Below are positions 1 through 14,721 of a DNA stretch of 64,000 bases, piece after piece (position 1 is the stretch's first letter; each line of letters begins with the position of its first letter). Under the pieces are notes generated by a model. The model saw only the letters and a list, made by a program, of their open reading frames with translations. It was not told the origin of the DNA and made no database searches. The position numbers and the translations under genes were made by a program. Origin of the DNA: Eledone cirrhosa (Eukaryota); contig OZ024746.1 in NCBI GenBank assembly GCA_964016885.1, positions 58,652,001-58,716,000 of the forward strand, given 5' to 3'.

Positions 1-245
1 GCTACTCCATCGAGGAGCAACACTTTTTAATATATATATAGGGAAAGAGTTAGGACCCCGATGGCTGAGCTCCGGCCGTTTCGAGTTTCGACTGCTAGAT
101 CCGGTCTCATATATATCCGAACTCTCTCTCACTCTCTCTCTCTTTCTCTCTATATATAGAGAGAGAAAGAGCGAGAGTGAGAGAGAAAGAGGGAGAGAGA
201 GAGGGGATGGGGAGAAAAAATGATAGATAGATAATTATATTATAT

Positions 246-306
<61 letters not shown>

Positions 307-916
307 TATGCATGTATCTATATACGTTTTTTATATGCATTTATATACGTGTAAGCGTGAATTTCTAAGAGGTTGTGTGTGTGTGTCTATATGTATGGTA
401 ATGGTTGTGTGTAACTTTCGAGCTCCTACAGATACAATTAATGCATATATAGTTGAAAAGTTTACAAGACAGTTCACATAATTGAGTGATTCCCATCCCG
501 CAGCTGTAATCTGCCGCTTGTCACTATATTCAACAGAACCCATTAAATATATTATATATGCACACACCCACACACAAACATATGTATACATACATGCATG
601 TATATATATATATATATATACATATATAATTGTGTGTATGTGTATATATATATATATATATATACATAAATATAAGTGTGTGTGTCTGTATGTATATATA
701 TACATATATAAGTGAGTGTATGTAAATATATATGTATGTATAAGTAGAGAGAGATGGAAAGAGAGGTAGATAGACATATGTAAATGCACAAGAACATACA
801 TACACGCATACGTACGTACGTACATACATACATACATGCATGCATACATACATACATACATACATACATACATACATACATACATACATACATACATACA
901 TACATACATACATACA

Positions 917-2410
917 CCCGATTAAGAAAAATCTGGTCATCGGAATTCTCTGCGCAAAACAAAACAGTGGTTCACAATGTGTTTGCTGTGCCTGTCCTAA
1001 CACCAACGTTTGGAATACTCAATTGGATGATAGACGAAATCCGAGCAGTTGATGTTGGAACTCGAAAAATACTAAACAACACCGGAAACTTCCACATCAA
1101 CAGTGACATAGACCGCCTTTACTTGAGACGTAAGCAGGGAGGCAGAGACCTAACATCAGTCCAGACAACATTTGAATGTCGCATCATATCTCTCCGACAA
1201 CATCTAGGAACCTCGAAGCGTAGGAGCCCGTTTCTCGAGCAAGTCTATCTGCATGAAACAGATAAGATCATGAGAGTTGGGAAGGAACTCCTCGAGAGAT
1301 ATTCCCTGTGTGATAATCAAAAACTCACACCCAGGGAAGTTGCTCAGCAGTATCGCAGTGAATCCATGGATGAAAAACTGCATACTTATCAGCAAAAAAT
1401 CATGCATGGATATGTTGCCAGGAAGCTCCAGAGTGAGAGTAATATAGATAAGGAAAGTAGTCTATCTTGGACCAACAACCGCTATATTGGCTCCCACTTT
1501 GAAGGATACGCTTTTGCAATCCAAGAACAGGAGATTAACATGAAATACCTGATTCACAAAAGAGATAGGGATGCAGGCAAAACACCTAGATGTGATAACA
1601 AGTACAGACTCTGCAGAACTAACATCGAGGATATCACCCATGTCATCAGCACTTGTCCATAGATGTCATCGCGGTACTATCTACCTATGAGGCATGATGT
1701 AGTGGCCAAAACACTGTACAATGCAGTTCATAAAAAGATAGCCTCGATAATAAACACATTAAAAGCTACAACAATGTGGAAGACATCCATGTACATAATA
1801 TGAAAGAGTACTGGTGGAATATTCCAGTAAAAACCCCAATAAAATGCAGGCATAACAGACCAGTATTATGATATGGGACAGGGAGAAGAAAGCATGCACA
1901 GTAGTGGAAATTAGCTTCCCAGCAGATGCCAATATAATATCAAAGATTAGTGAAAAGGAGAATATTTATGCAGAACTGATGAGGAAACTACAGATACTCC
2001 ACCCTGATTACACCTTCAGAATTATGCCTGTGATTATTGGGGCACTGGGGTATGTTAGTAACTGCCAAAATACAAATCTTGCTAAGCTAGGCTTCACAGG
2101 AACAGAAAGAACACTAGTTAGGAAATTACAAGTGCAATTCATTAATGGAACAGTAAAAATATGTAAAACATTCCAAAAATGTTGCATCTAATAACAGCAT
2201 ATACACATGTACAGATGCAAAGCATATACACATGCACACATACAACTCAAAACATACACATCCACACATACAATAACATCCATATCTACACATGCATGCA
2301 TACATATATATCTACCTAGTTGATGTTGTGTAAATTCCAATGAGAGAGTATTGTGTCTATGTCAGAAACCGACGCTCTCTCTATTTGTGAAATTATAAAA
2401 CCAGAAGAAC
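917..2410 (+). mobile_element. 5'-truncated, inactivated R4/Dong-clade-like non-LTR retrotransposon (RT thumb, CCHC knuckle, restriction-like endonuclease)
   Basis: ORF 784-1662 after its microsatellite head reads ...DRLYLRRKQGGRDL...AIQEQEI...YRLCRTNIEDITHVISTCP (CCHC knuckle, first Cys mutated). After a stop it continues RHDVVAK, then EYWWN..HNRP/IMIWDREKKACTVVEISFP (frameshifted PD-(D/E)xK-type RLE). It is flanked by (TACA)n on both sides. Confidence 0.85.
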
Positions 2411-2417
2411 ATACATA

Positions 2418-2835
2418 TGCCTGCGATTATTGGGACAATGGGATATGTTAGTAACTGCCTCAGTACAAATCTTGATAACCTGGGCTTCACTGAAACAGAA
2501 AGAACACAACTAATTATGAAATTACAAGTACAATCCATTAGTGGAACAGTAAACATAAAACATTCCAAAATGGCTGCATCTAAAACTGCATATACACTTG
2601 TACAGATACAAAGCATATGCACATGCACACATTATAATCCAAAACATACACATCCACACATACAATAACATCTACACGTGCACATGCATTCATACAGACA
2701 TCCATACATATCTACCTAGTTGGCGTTGTGTAAATTCCAATAAGGGATTCTTGTATCTATATTAGAAACTGACTCTCTCTCTCTATTGGCAAACATTTGT
2801 GAAATTATGAAACCCAGAGAACATACATACATACA
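2418..2835 (+). mobile_element. Second, diverged 3'-end copy of the same R4-like family, in tandem
   Basis: 2418-2830 repeats 2024-2410 (MPxIIGxxGYVSNCxxTNLxxLGFT... plus 3' UTR) and ends in ACATACATACATAC. Confidence 0.85.
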
Positions 2836-3282
2836 CGAAAGTAGAAACCATTGGCCTAATATAAATGTGTTTTGGTGGAATGTTCTAGTCGAAATACCAG
2901 TAAAACAAACCTAAAATACCAAACATAATGATATGTGGGATGAAATGAATACATAAAGAGGGGTGGAAATCAGCTCTTCATTAGATGTTAATTAGATGTT
3001 AATATAATTAGTTGTTAATATAATATAAGAACTTATGAAGAAACTGTAGATATTCTACTCTGACTATAACTTTAGATTTGTACATATAATCATTGGGGTG
3101 GAAGCACGTGGCCGAGAGGTCATATGTCATTTTTTTTATTCGTTTACTGATTCCACCCATTAAAGTGCGTCGGGGCTAAGTAACCGCATTGAAGGAAATA
3201 TAATCGACCACAGTCCGGCAAATAACACCTGGCTACGGAAAAGGTTACCCAAATTTTTTCAAGTATTATTAAATGAACAAAA

Positions 3283-3480
3283 AGGGCAGTGAATTGGCAG
3301 TATCGGTAGAGGGTCGTACGCCATGCTTTGCAGCAGAGTTCAAATCCCACCGAGGTTAACTTTGCCTTTCATCCTTATGGAATCCATAAAATAAAGCACC
3401 AGTCACGCACTGGAGTCAATTTAATCGACTTTCCCCTCCCCAGAAATTGCTGGCCTTGTGCCTATATAAGAAACCATTGT
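3283..3480 (+). mobile_element. tRNA-derived SINE, family A (Nin/Deu-domain-like core)
   Basis: A-box-like TGGCAGTATCGG, B-box GTTCAAATCC, core GCCTTTCATCCTTA..ATAAAATAAAG.ACCAGT, tail GCTGGCCTTGTGCC. About 15 or more related copies lie in the window. Confidence 0.8.
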
Positions 3481-3853
3481 TAAATGACCTAATATTATCT
3501 TGGTTATTTCCATTAGAGCACACTCGTTTCAAATATGCATAAGTATATATATATATTAGTTGTTTGACTGTGGCAAACCCGGCCATCAATCGCTTATATA
3601 CATAAAACTAACTGACCTATCTGCTGATATACAAAGCTGATTGATCAGCGGGTCTGCTAATATGCAATCCAGGCCAATCTGTAATTGTATATTCCAGAAA
3701 ATAATTGTATAACCCAGAAACATTAGTGTTTGCCGTTCTGTATGACGAAGTCATTCTACTGGCTTGGCTTAAGAGTCGGTTTCCATAATTGCAAACGAAT
3801 CGAATATCATTATTAATATTCGAAAAACTCATTTACATTTCTTATACACACAC

Positions 3854-3913
<60 letters not shown>

Positions 3914-3994
3914 GGTAAACAGAAATAACAACACAATCGGTACAGTATATGAAAAGGATATATTAGGTTAACGCTTTATATAGCAGGAAGAGGG

Positions 3995-4030
3995 TCTTAA
4001 CGTTTCGGACGCTAGTCCTTCATCAGAAGA
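3995..4030 (-). ncRNA. Minimal type-I hammerhead ribozyme (PLE-type)
   Basis: Minus strand reads UCUU CUGAUGA A GGAC uagc GUCC GAAA CG UU AAGA. Stem I is UCUU/AAGA and the stem III remnant is the palindrome ACGU. Confidence 0.75.
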
Positions 4031-5126
4031 AAGAATGAGAAATAAGATAGATTTAGAGGACGGGCGGGTTGGAATTGGAAAAATGTCTTTAGATAAAAAT
4101 ATCATCTCTTGCATCATTGGTGCTGGTGTTTTGTGTATGATTTAAATTTTAGAAAAGTGGATGGTTGAGCGCGTCTACCTGAAATGGAAAAGCATCATTT
4201 TGTAAAAAGAGCTATACTTGTGCACGTGTGCAAGCATGTGTGTGTGTTTGTTAAGCAAATGCAAATTGCCAAAATTATTTTACAAAATATAACTTACTAG
4301 TATATTCCTACGTTCCATACCATCAAATTTTGACTGCTGTCTGACACGCGTAAAGAATAGGGAATGACCAAATAAAAGGGAAATAAAGAAACAAGCAACC
4401 AAAGAAGGAATAAAAGAAAGGCAGACATTTGCGTGAAACACGCACCTCCATCCTACTACTTACAGCCATATCACAAACTTCAAAGAATCAGAACGCCAAG
4501 TACTTTGAACACTTTTTAGGCCTCACTCTATTGAAAAGCCATTGTAGACATCGAAATTAAATAAGCCAAAACCTGAAAATATATCAGTCAAGACTGCTCA
4601 TAAGAGAATTAAAACTTCCTCTTTAATCATGATACGCCTGCAACTACCTCAAATCTTACTTCCTCAACAGGAAATAGAAATTAAATAGGCCAAAGGCTGA
4701 CAGAATACAAATCAAGACAGCCCATAAAAGAATTCATTCGCGGTCCATCACTCAAATCTCACTATCTCAATGGAATGGAATATAAATAAATATATATATA
4801 TATCTGTGTGTGTGTGTGTGTGTATTTGATTTTTAATTTTCTCATATATACTATATTTCAAACTCCTAATGCTAAGTCTTACGCTTTCCAGCTGCAAATT
4901 GGAAATAAATCCGAACTTTTTAAATAACTTTCCTTTAATGCCTAGGCTATGCAACGACGGAGTTTACTGCCCTATATATTGCAAACCACATATACTACAT
5001 TGAATAACATATAAAACATATCGAGATTTGCAGCCAAACTTCTAACCGCTATCCATTTATGCACAGACTACAAACACACACACATACGATGTATGTGTGT
5101 GTGTGCAACGTATAATCATGCAAATC

Positions 5127-5164
<38 letters not shown>

Positions 5165-5247
5165 GCTCTCAACATACACACACACACACACATATATGTA
5201 TATATATACATATACATTTATATATATATATATACATATATATATAC

Positions 5248-5348
<101 letters not shown>

Positions 5349-6159
5349 TGCATGTATGTATGTATGTATATATATATATATAGCACGTAATTCGGCTGCC
5401 AGCACACTTCTTACTATATATATATATATATATATATATATGCGTGTGCGTGTGTGTGTGTGTGTGTATGTGTGTATGTGTGTGTTTTCCCCTTGGGTCA
5501 ATAATCCGTTAAAATTACGGCTCTTCATACTACACGAAGAAATATTCCAAGTTATTAATATAGATGGATATTTGCAATAAGAGTCCAGCGAGACTGTATC
5601 GTATTTCTCTCGAATTTATAGCTATTATGCAACGCTTTGAAACATATTCTGTGGAATAAGAACCATCGGTAATTTTCAATGACAGCAACGATATTCCAGG
5701 CTGAATAAAAAGGTTTATATTAAATCGTAATGATGTATAACTCACCAGAGTCTGTCGGCTGTTGTAAACAATATTACAATCATGTGTATGTATGTATGTT
5801 GTGTATATGAGTACGGTATACATATTTTAGTGTGTGTGTGTGTGTTGGGTACGTTTCTTGTATATGTTGTGATTATGTTCAGTGACTAAGTATGCATGTA
5901 TGCTATGTGCCGTGTGTGTTCTGCATATTGTGTTTTGTGTTTTGTACGTGATGTGTGTGTGAGTGTATCGTATGACTGTGTGTGAATGTTATGTTGTGTT
6001 GTGTGTGTCTGTTGTATTATGTGTATATGTATGTGTTTGAAGAATGTTACAGAAAATACAGGAAGTCTTATAAGTAGGGAAGTACGAAGGATATTCTTAT
6101 ATATATGAATATCCACGTATGTATAAATGTGTTATACGTGCATATATGTACGTATGTAT

Positions 6160-6260
6160 CCACTATATACTATGTATACACTATGTATGTACTATGTATA
6201 TACTATGTATATACTATGTTTGTACTATGTATATACTATGTATATACTATGTATATACTG
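6160..6260. repeat. 11-bp minisatellite (TACTATGTATA)n
   Basis: About 8 imperfect tandem units are visible. Confidence 0.6.
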
Positions 6261-6439
6261 TGTGTATATATATATTAACACATGTATATAAGAAAAAACA
6301 TATGTCATCATTATTTATAAATACAATTGCATGTTTGTATAGGTGTAGATGCAATTATTATTTACATGTACGCACGCAAACAATGCAGCGTCACACACAC
6401 ACGCATACAGATACAGACACACACACATATATATATATG

Positions 6440-6517
<78 letters not shown>

Positions 6518-6554
6518 TATGCAAACACACAACACATACACACGCATATATATA

Positions 6555-6594
<40 letters not shown>

Positions 6595-6814
6595 TGGTAT
6601 TAAGCATTTTTCCATCTCTGTTTTCAATTATACACTTTCACGCATGCTGCAACACACGGTTATACGCATTGCAACCAATTATACATAATTATGTAGAAAT
6701 ATTGCTGCTATGCCTGTACTATACACATATGGTAGGTTATAATCCACCAAAATATCTCATTTCGTTTATGCATGTATAAAAATCCATAAAACACCGTGAA
6801 TGTTTGTATGTATC

Positions 6815-6928
<114 letters not shown>

Positions 6929-6979
6929 CTTATTTATGTATTTTGCTCTCTTTCTCAATATATATATACATATATATAG

Positions 6980-7043
<64 letters not shown>

Positions 7044-7363
7044 TATATATATATATATATATATACATATATATATGCCCATGTATATATAATTATACTG
7101 ATTCTATTTAAGATTACGTATGAGTCTGTCCATGTAGTTATATAATACATATTTTGTGTGCTACCTTTATGACATGTCATTTTACGATAACAGTTCGGTT
7201 TTCATTTATTTTTCCCATTAATTCCACGTTAATATATATAAAATCAATACTGTATTATTGTTATTATTTGTACTACTTGTCCATTACTATGCACAAGCTG
7301 AAGATGCACAAATGTCGGTGCGTGTTTTCTATATAAGTATATAGGCCCAGCCATACACACATA

Positions 7364-7430
<67 letters not shown>

Positions 7431-7824
7431 GTATTTATATATGTATGTATATATATATATATGTATTTATATATATACATATGTATGTGTGTGCGTACGT
7501 GTGTGTGTGTGTGTTAGGGGTTGAATGTGTGTATGTGTGTGTGTAAGACGATTTGGCAGTTGTTAGAACATTGGATAGAATACATTTGGTGATTGCTCCG
7601 ACTCTGTGTTCTGAGTTCAAATCCGATGTCAACTTCACCTTTCATTCTTCTGGTGTCAATAAAAACTTATAAGTGCAGAACCATGATCGATCCTTCCTCT
7701 ATATCTCTTTCCTACATCAGCTTATATTCATTCCTACCTCACCATCTCTGGAAGAAATCAATTGTTTTAAGCACAGGAAATGAGATGAGCATATTTAAAA
7801 CATGCCACTACGGCGCCCCGGGAT

Positions 7825-7855
<31 letters not shown>

Positions 7856-7910
7856 TATATTTAATAAAATATATTTTTCTTCCTAATAATCGTCTTCTCT
7901 CCCTGTTCTC

Positions 7911-7994
<84 letters not shown>

Positions 7995-8195
7995 ATACTT
8001 GGTGAGGGTCATATTTGTGTAATATTGCCAGAATTAATAACAGAACACACTCACTGTTTGGTTGGTTTTCGCTTCTCGCTTCTGTGTCTTTTATATCGGT
8101 AATCTAACTTACTCGGTCCTCAATGATGCCATTGACTGACCGACGGTCAAAAATAATACAGATACAATATAGACACAAACACATATATATAGTTT

Positions 8196-8237
8196 ATCAT
8201 AAATCTTTCGTTGCACATCTGCAACATCGTCAGTGGT
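8196..8237 (-). ncRNA. Minimal hammerhead motif in the 3' pLTR of PLE1 (slightly decayed)
   Basis: ACCA CUGACGA U GUUGCA gaug UGCAAC GAAA GAUU UA UGAU; one mismatch in stem I. Confidence 0.6.
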
Positions 8238-8499
8238 GCTATCGTTTCCTCCTGTTGTATTGTATGTCTACGCCATTTTTATTCAGTCTGTCTATATATT
8301 TATTTATTTATTTGCTTGTTTGTTTATTTTATTTTGTCTTCTTTGCGCATGCGTTTGCGTGTGTGTATAGTGTTTTGTTTGCTGTGTGATGAGTGACTAG
8401 TGTGCGTTTATGTGCTTGTTGTTATTGTGCTTGTGTATGTAGTTATTTATTTATTTATTTATTTATTTTATTTTATTTACTTATTTATACTTCTCTTAG

Positions 8500-10821
8500 G
8501 TCAGTGTTGTTTGTTTGGGTGTTGTTGTTATACCATTCATTCTTTCTGTTTAGTCTTGGTCTTCTAATTTCTATTTCACTGGCCTCTCTGATTTGCCTAT
8601 CTGCTGGGTCATTTCTATGTTTAGATATTATTCTAATTTCTATGTTGTCTATGTTAGCGTCGTGTTGTTGTCTAGCATGTTCGTATAGTACTGATCCGTT
8701 TTTTCGTCCTTTTAGTTCGCCCCCAGTGTTGGTCTATCCTTACACCTATGCTACGAGCTGTCTCACCTATGTATGTTGTTGTCATGTTTCGGCAAGTACC
8801 CTCTGTACATCTTATGCTATAGACTACGTTTCTAATTTTACAGTTTATCCGGGGGTTTACCTTACATATGATACATTTCCTATTGGTACAGTGGGTTTTC
8901 TGAAAAGGGTAGGTTTTGCTGATCAGGGATTTTATGGTGGTTCCTGGCTTTGCTACCACCTTAATTTTAAGTGGGTCTTTCTCAGGGCCTTTCTACACTG
9001 GTTAGCTCATTTCCCTCCAGGGGTAGCGTCCACAAACATGACACTCTGGTATCTCTGGTTGTCGTACCATGAGGTGGCTTTCCCTATCTTATGGTTAGCC
9101 CTATCTAAGCTATTCCATGATTTGCTCCTGTATAATGGGCAAATTCCTTTCATGTCCAGTTCTATGAGGGTCTTATACTTCTCCATGGCTCCTTCGTATA
9201 CTCTGACTCTGTCTCTTTGGTTGTAGCCAGAGAACTGCATGCGGTTGATGAAGTGTTGGATGTGTCTTTCCATTTCTGTTGGGTCGCACATGCGGGACAC
9301 GTTCTTCATCACTCGTACCAAATCTGCGATCAGAATATTAAACTTAGCACTACTGGACATTGCTGAGTTTTTGAGTATCAGGTATTTGGAGTCCATGGGT
9401 TTAGCATGGTGTGAGTGGAGAATTTGGGCTCTCTCGTCTATAGTGTTAATCCAGAGTTCTGTGTCTAATACAGGTAGTCTATTGTTAGGGTGTTTGGAAG
9501 GGAAGTCTTTAGTTACAGTTATACTCTGGTGTATGGAATTAGCTATCTGCTGGATGCTTTCCATCGTGCTACGTTCTAAACCAAACTTGTTAGTGCTCTC
9601 TAGTGGGGATGTTCTTATAACTATATTGATATCGTCTACATAACGAGAGTACATGATGAGGTCGATGGAGCTCTCATTAAGGAGTTCTTTAAGTCTCCTT
9701 TCCCACCATACCATGAAAAGGTTGGCAACATCACCAGCTATGCCGACGCCAATGGCTGCTCCCTCATGTGGGTGTAGATCTTCTCGTTGAACTTAAATAT
9801 GTGGCCCTTTAGGGTAGTTTTGATACTAGCCCCTATTGCATGTGCGACCATTTTTCTTACCTGATCATTGTTTTGGGGGGTCCGTATAGCTTTGGTCCAC
9901 CCAATCCACCTTCCCATGGGAGTCTTTTTGCCATTGAGGTTATGGTGGGGGCTCTACCTCTATAGGTCTACTAGGGCAGAAACATCTAAGGTCAAGGCTG
10001 TCTAGGTAGTCAGTGTCGTAGGTAAGTCTAAGTAGGGGGCCCAGTTCGTCTGTGTCGACGTCGCAGAACTCCACCTCACTCTCAATGATCATCTCCACAC
10101 ATATTTTCACAGCAAAATCAATGTTAATGGATGGGTACAGTGATATCACATCCATGCTGCCTATTATGCAGTTGGATAGGTTCCTGTTTTTGTTGCACTC
10201 ACTGATTCTGCCAAGGAGGTCCTCTGTACTGTCACATACATCTGGGGACATCTTGATTATGGGGAGTATAACCATTGAGATGAAGTAGGAGATCCTGTAG
10301 TTACTAGCTATATTAGCTCCGCATACGGGTCTTGTTGGTGGTCCTGTTGTCGGGTCGTCGACTGTCTTGTGGTCTTTGCGGAGCCCATACAAGGGTGGTA
10401 TGCCATTGTTAGACGCCTGGAAGTTGTTGGCAGTGCGTCTGCTTGGCTTTAGGATGTCAGTCCACATCATCATGTGAGTGTTGAGGATTTTCTCTCTCCC
10501 ATCGTGTGTTTGTTGTGCAATTTCGCTCGTGTTGGTGATGTGGGGTTGCATGGCCTTGATGTAGTTCTGCAAGCTATCTATTGACATCCTACCAGACTTA
10601 TCCGTGGGTAGACATACTACCTCACCATCCCTTGTGCGCTGCTTGAGGCTAACCAAGCCTTCTACAGGTTTCCTCCCAATTTGTTGGGCCTCTGGTCTGC
10701 TCTGTCTCTTAGTATACCTGTCTACTATTTGTCTAATCTTATTTCTAGCTATGGTGAACTGTGCCTCTGTCTCGTCATCTATTTGTTGTGGTATGCAAAC
10801 TCTTTTATTAAAGGGTAACAT
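8500..10821 (-). pseudogene. PLE RT/GIY-YIG polyprotein remnant (frameshifts and stops)
   Basis: ORFs 9940-10821, 9007-9714 and 8672-8959 are colinear pieces of one PLE protein. Confidence 0.9.
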
Positions 10822-11514
10822 TGAGGACCGAGTAAGTTAGATTACCGATATAAAAGACACAGAAGCGAGAAGCGAAAACCAACCAAACAGTGAGTGTGTT
10901 CTGTTATTTATTGTGGCAATATTACACAAATATGACCCTCCCAAGTATAACAATATTTGTTTCGACACACGATTTCATATAAAAAACCTCGCAAAACTAA
11001 TTCATCGCCGCTATATATTATATATATATATTTAAAAGAATAGAGGTGTAACACACGGGTTGTGATATATTAGTAAAAGGAAAAGAAAATGCTGACAAAT
11101 TGTTCCCAGTGAAAAATAGTTTAATTAGGAATAAGTAAAAATTAGTAATAAGTATTGGTTAGTATTCAGTTTTAGTTTTAAGTTTTTACCCGTGGCGCAT
11201 TTGTAATGCTTTTCAAAAATAATTTTGAGATATAGCGCCCATGATGTTTGCTCTAATCTGATCAGTTTGGGAAATTCTACCTGTTTTATGTGAAAAAAGT
11301 TTCTCCAGAGGTATTAAAATAAGTTTCGCGCCAATTCGTGTTGCAAAAATTCTTGTGGTCAAAACAATTTTGATTGGTCGGTAGAGGTCACGTGAATGTT
11401 AAAAATTGATTTTGCGCCAAATGTAGGTTTGTCGAAGAGTGTCCTTTTTCGCCTGATTGAGAAGTCACTGAAAAATAAGTCTTTTAAGACAAATATGTGT
11501 GTGTGTGTGTGTGT

Positions 11515-11617
<103 letters not shown>

Positions 11618-11972
11618 TGTGTGTGTGTGTGTGTGTCTGTGCGCGTGTGCGTGTGTGTGTGTGTGTGTGTAGCAGAGTAATTCGTTGTAGAGGGATCGGC
11701 CGGTAGGAATGTGTCTGTAGGTGTGTGGGAGATATTTTAACATGTTGAAAGATATTTTTCAGCTCTTGTCTTATACGGAGTAGTGTGTGTGTATGTCTCT
11801 TTGTATGTTAGTGTACGCTGTGTACGTGTGTGTGTATGTGTGTGTGTGTGTGTATATGTGTGTATGTGTGTGTGGGGGGGGGGGTCAGTATTTTTGTGAT
11901 ACTGGTAAAAATGGTGTACATTATTCGATATTTTCAGCAAAAACGATTCTCTCAAGAGAATCCGGATATATA

Positions 11973-12470
11973 TATTAAATATTTTACTCTTGATTTGGCC
12001 AGAGGTATTTATTTCCAGGTACCTTATAAACATGACTTTCCGTATTTATTACTGTTGTGAGATATGGAGGTTTTTGGTTGTCACTTCTCTGTTTTTAGCC
12101 TAAGAAAATATATATGTGCGTGTGTAAATAATTACATGCATTCATTTATTTTTTTAAATTAATTGAGTTCTTAACACGTGGAATTGATAATAGTTTTGAA
12201 ATAACTAATTAAACCGCGTGTATTAAATATTTTACTCTTAATTTGGCCAGAGATTTACATTCCCAATCACCTTTTAAAGCGTAACTTTCCGTATTTACTA
12301 CGGTTATGAGATGCGGCTTGTTATTTTAGGTATCACTTCTGTTTTTAGCCTAAGAAAATATCTATATGCGTGTGTAATTAATACACGCATACATTTATTT
12401 TTTTAATTTCAATTGAGTTCTTAACACGTTGGATTGATAATGTTTTTGAAAAAACTAATTAACCCACGTG
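11973..12470. repeat. Diverged ~250-bp tandem duplication
   Basis: ATTTTACTCTT.ATTTGGCCAGAG...TTTAGCCTAAGAAAATA...AATTGAGTTCTTAACACG occurs twice, at ~11980 and ~12230. Confidence 0.8.
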
Positions 12471-12966
12471 AATATTATTTTCTTTTCTCGTGAATCGTGG
12501 TGGTTTCCCTTTCCCGCTTCGTGACGCTATGAAAATTCCTCAGTCAAAAGACTGCTGGAATTTCAAATTTGGCGGTCATTCGATGCGTGAAGGAGCAGCT
12601 TAGCAGACACGATTTTTAACTGCGGTAAAAAAATGTTCTTATATCAAAGTTTAATGGGCTTCCACTGAAGATTTATAAGTGCCCACCTAAATATATTCTT
12701 ACATGAATATATGTTAGGCTTCTACATAAACTGGAAACATTCTCCCAATTTGTAGAAAACTTATAGTGAAACAATTGTTTGGAAAGAGAGATATATTTTA
12801 ACTTTAATTATATCTCATAAAATAATACAACTGGCTTTCCACATAATACATATAGTTAGCACCCCAAACACTTAAATTGGGTTTATACTAACATATAACC
12901 TAATGTTTGTTGAGTGAGATGGTTACCTTGTCGGAGTTTAGCTTTAAGCTATCTCTGTTATTGTAT

Positions 12967-13024
<58 letters not shown>

Positions 13025-13104
13025 GATGTGGTTGACGGCTGATAGAAAGATGTACTCAATTTATTAGATGTACTAGATTTATTCTTGATATAGTAGGAAA
13101 TGAA

Positions 13105-13140
13105 GTTTAATATTTCGAACTGTAGTCCTTCATCAGAGAA
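13105..13140 (-). ncRNA. Decayed minimal hammerhead, same family as 3995-4030
   Basis: CUGAUGA A GGAC uaca GUUC GAAA UA UU with weak stem I. Flank 13250-13350 resembles 4140-4230. Confidence 0.5.
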
Positions 13141-14429
13141 AGAAAGAGACAGATTAAGAAGACAAGCAGGGCGGCGACGGAAAAAAAAGTTTAGAGAATA
13201 TAACAAACCATTTACGTTGTCGGCTCTTGGAAACTGTTGATACTGGCATTTTGAGCATGATATACTTTTTTGAAAAGGTGATGATGAAACATGTTTATCT
13301 GAAAGGTAAGAAAACTGCTTTGTATATAGAGCAGCACGTGTGCACGTGCATATGTATATATACATATATATATATATATGTGTGTGTGTGTGTCTGTGTG
13401 TGTGTACTTCTAAGTAGGAAGCTGTAAACAATAGTATGTGTATATAAGTGCTATGTTTATCCCCAACTTTACTAGTGACAGCAGTGTTTTCTTTTTTTAT
13501 TAATGTTTCGTTCAGTTTTTGTTTGTTTGTAAATCAATTAGTTCTTTCCATTCATGTTTTGAGAAATTCGATTTGGCATTTCTATTTCCAATTTTTCACA
13601 GGTAAAATTCATAAAGTGTTTGCAGTAGGGGTCTAGTATTGTATTCTTTCCTTTATTTGGATAGAAATCACTTTTATTTCTAGCTTGTGATTCGTTATCA
13701 TTGCCATTGTTCTCGAAGAAAAAAAAAACGGCTAGCATGAATGTTCGACAGAGTTGCGTGATGTTTTTCATTTCGCAAAAGTTTGATTTTTGAGCAGAGA
13801 ATATATACTTCAGTCCCATATATCTATTAACCCTTTAGGATTTACATTACTCTATATTTACTATTATATTTTCATGGTAAAGGCTTTCCCTCACATAATT
13901 ATCAATCTATGAGATTTTGATATTATATTTTGAGAGCAATACCTTAACATTAGTTTACAGCCGGTTTGAACAGACAAAGGTGAGAGAATTTTAGCCGGAT
14001 ACGGCCGGTTTAAATACTAATGAGTTAATATATCTTTTTGGGTATTCGTTAGTGACTTCTTTGAACAGTTGAGTACCTTCGGTTTCTCAGGTAAGGCATA
14101 CATAGAGTGTTCTCGTATTTATCTCCTTGTTCTCAATAAAGGTTTTATTTTGCGCGCAGCTACTGTCTTTTGTTCGTCTGCTTCGTGTGAAGAAATTATT
14201 TTAGTAGTGGTGTAGTACCTGTTCTTGGGTAGGATTCTGTTGGAATTTAATGTGATCTTGAGGGATTCCGTCTGTAATCAGTAGGTTTTATTTTATGGTG
14301 GTGTTGTTTTTTTGTTTTCTGGGTGTGATCATTGGAGTAAAGCTTATCCACTTCTCATAGTTTCCAGCTTTATTCAAATTTTCACCATGTTACAAAACGA
14401 GAATTTGGTTGTTTTTAAGATATTTTTCC

Positions 14430-14506
<77 letters not shown>

Positions 14507-14658
14507 TGTGTGTACACAAACATACACAGACACACACACACAGAGTTACATCAAAGTGCCTAATAAATATATAGGAGTTGAAAAAATTATGTCAATTGAT
14601 TCATTCAGCTTATATTTAGGTGTGTGTGTGTGAGTGTGTGTGTGCGTCTATTTGTTTG

Positions 14659-14721
<63 letters not shown>

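Larger units (their letters stand above)
7989..11010 (-). mobile_element. Penelope-like element 1 (RT + C-terminal GIY-YIG), inactivated, with inverted pseudo-LTR
   Basis: Minus-strand ORF pieces give PTDKSG, YGLRKDHK..PPTRPVCGA, IGSMDVISLYPSI, YSRYVDDI and LPVLDTELW. They continue with CxxxxCxxC and VVYSIRC..TYIGETARSIGVRIDQH (GIY-YIG). 7989-8125 is an inverted copy of 10820-10955. Confidence 0.92.

Noticed and set aside
9007-9009. In-frame TGA in PLE1 as selenocysteine
   Set aside because: It falls in TPGGK*AN, where Leu (TTA) is the likely original residue, not Cys. The element also has frameshifts and other stops.
8393-9643. Plus-strand ORFs 8393-9226, 9239-9643 (and 40182-40421, 62544-62948)
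   Set aside because: They are antisense shadows of PLE coding sequence or low-complexity UTR.
14030-14420. Possible additional PLE coding remnant on the minus strand
   Set aside because: The similarity is only vague (a CLTY/LPY-like stretch), with many stops; I cannot support it without an alignment.
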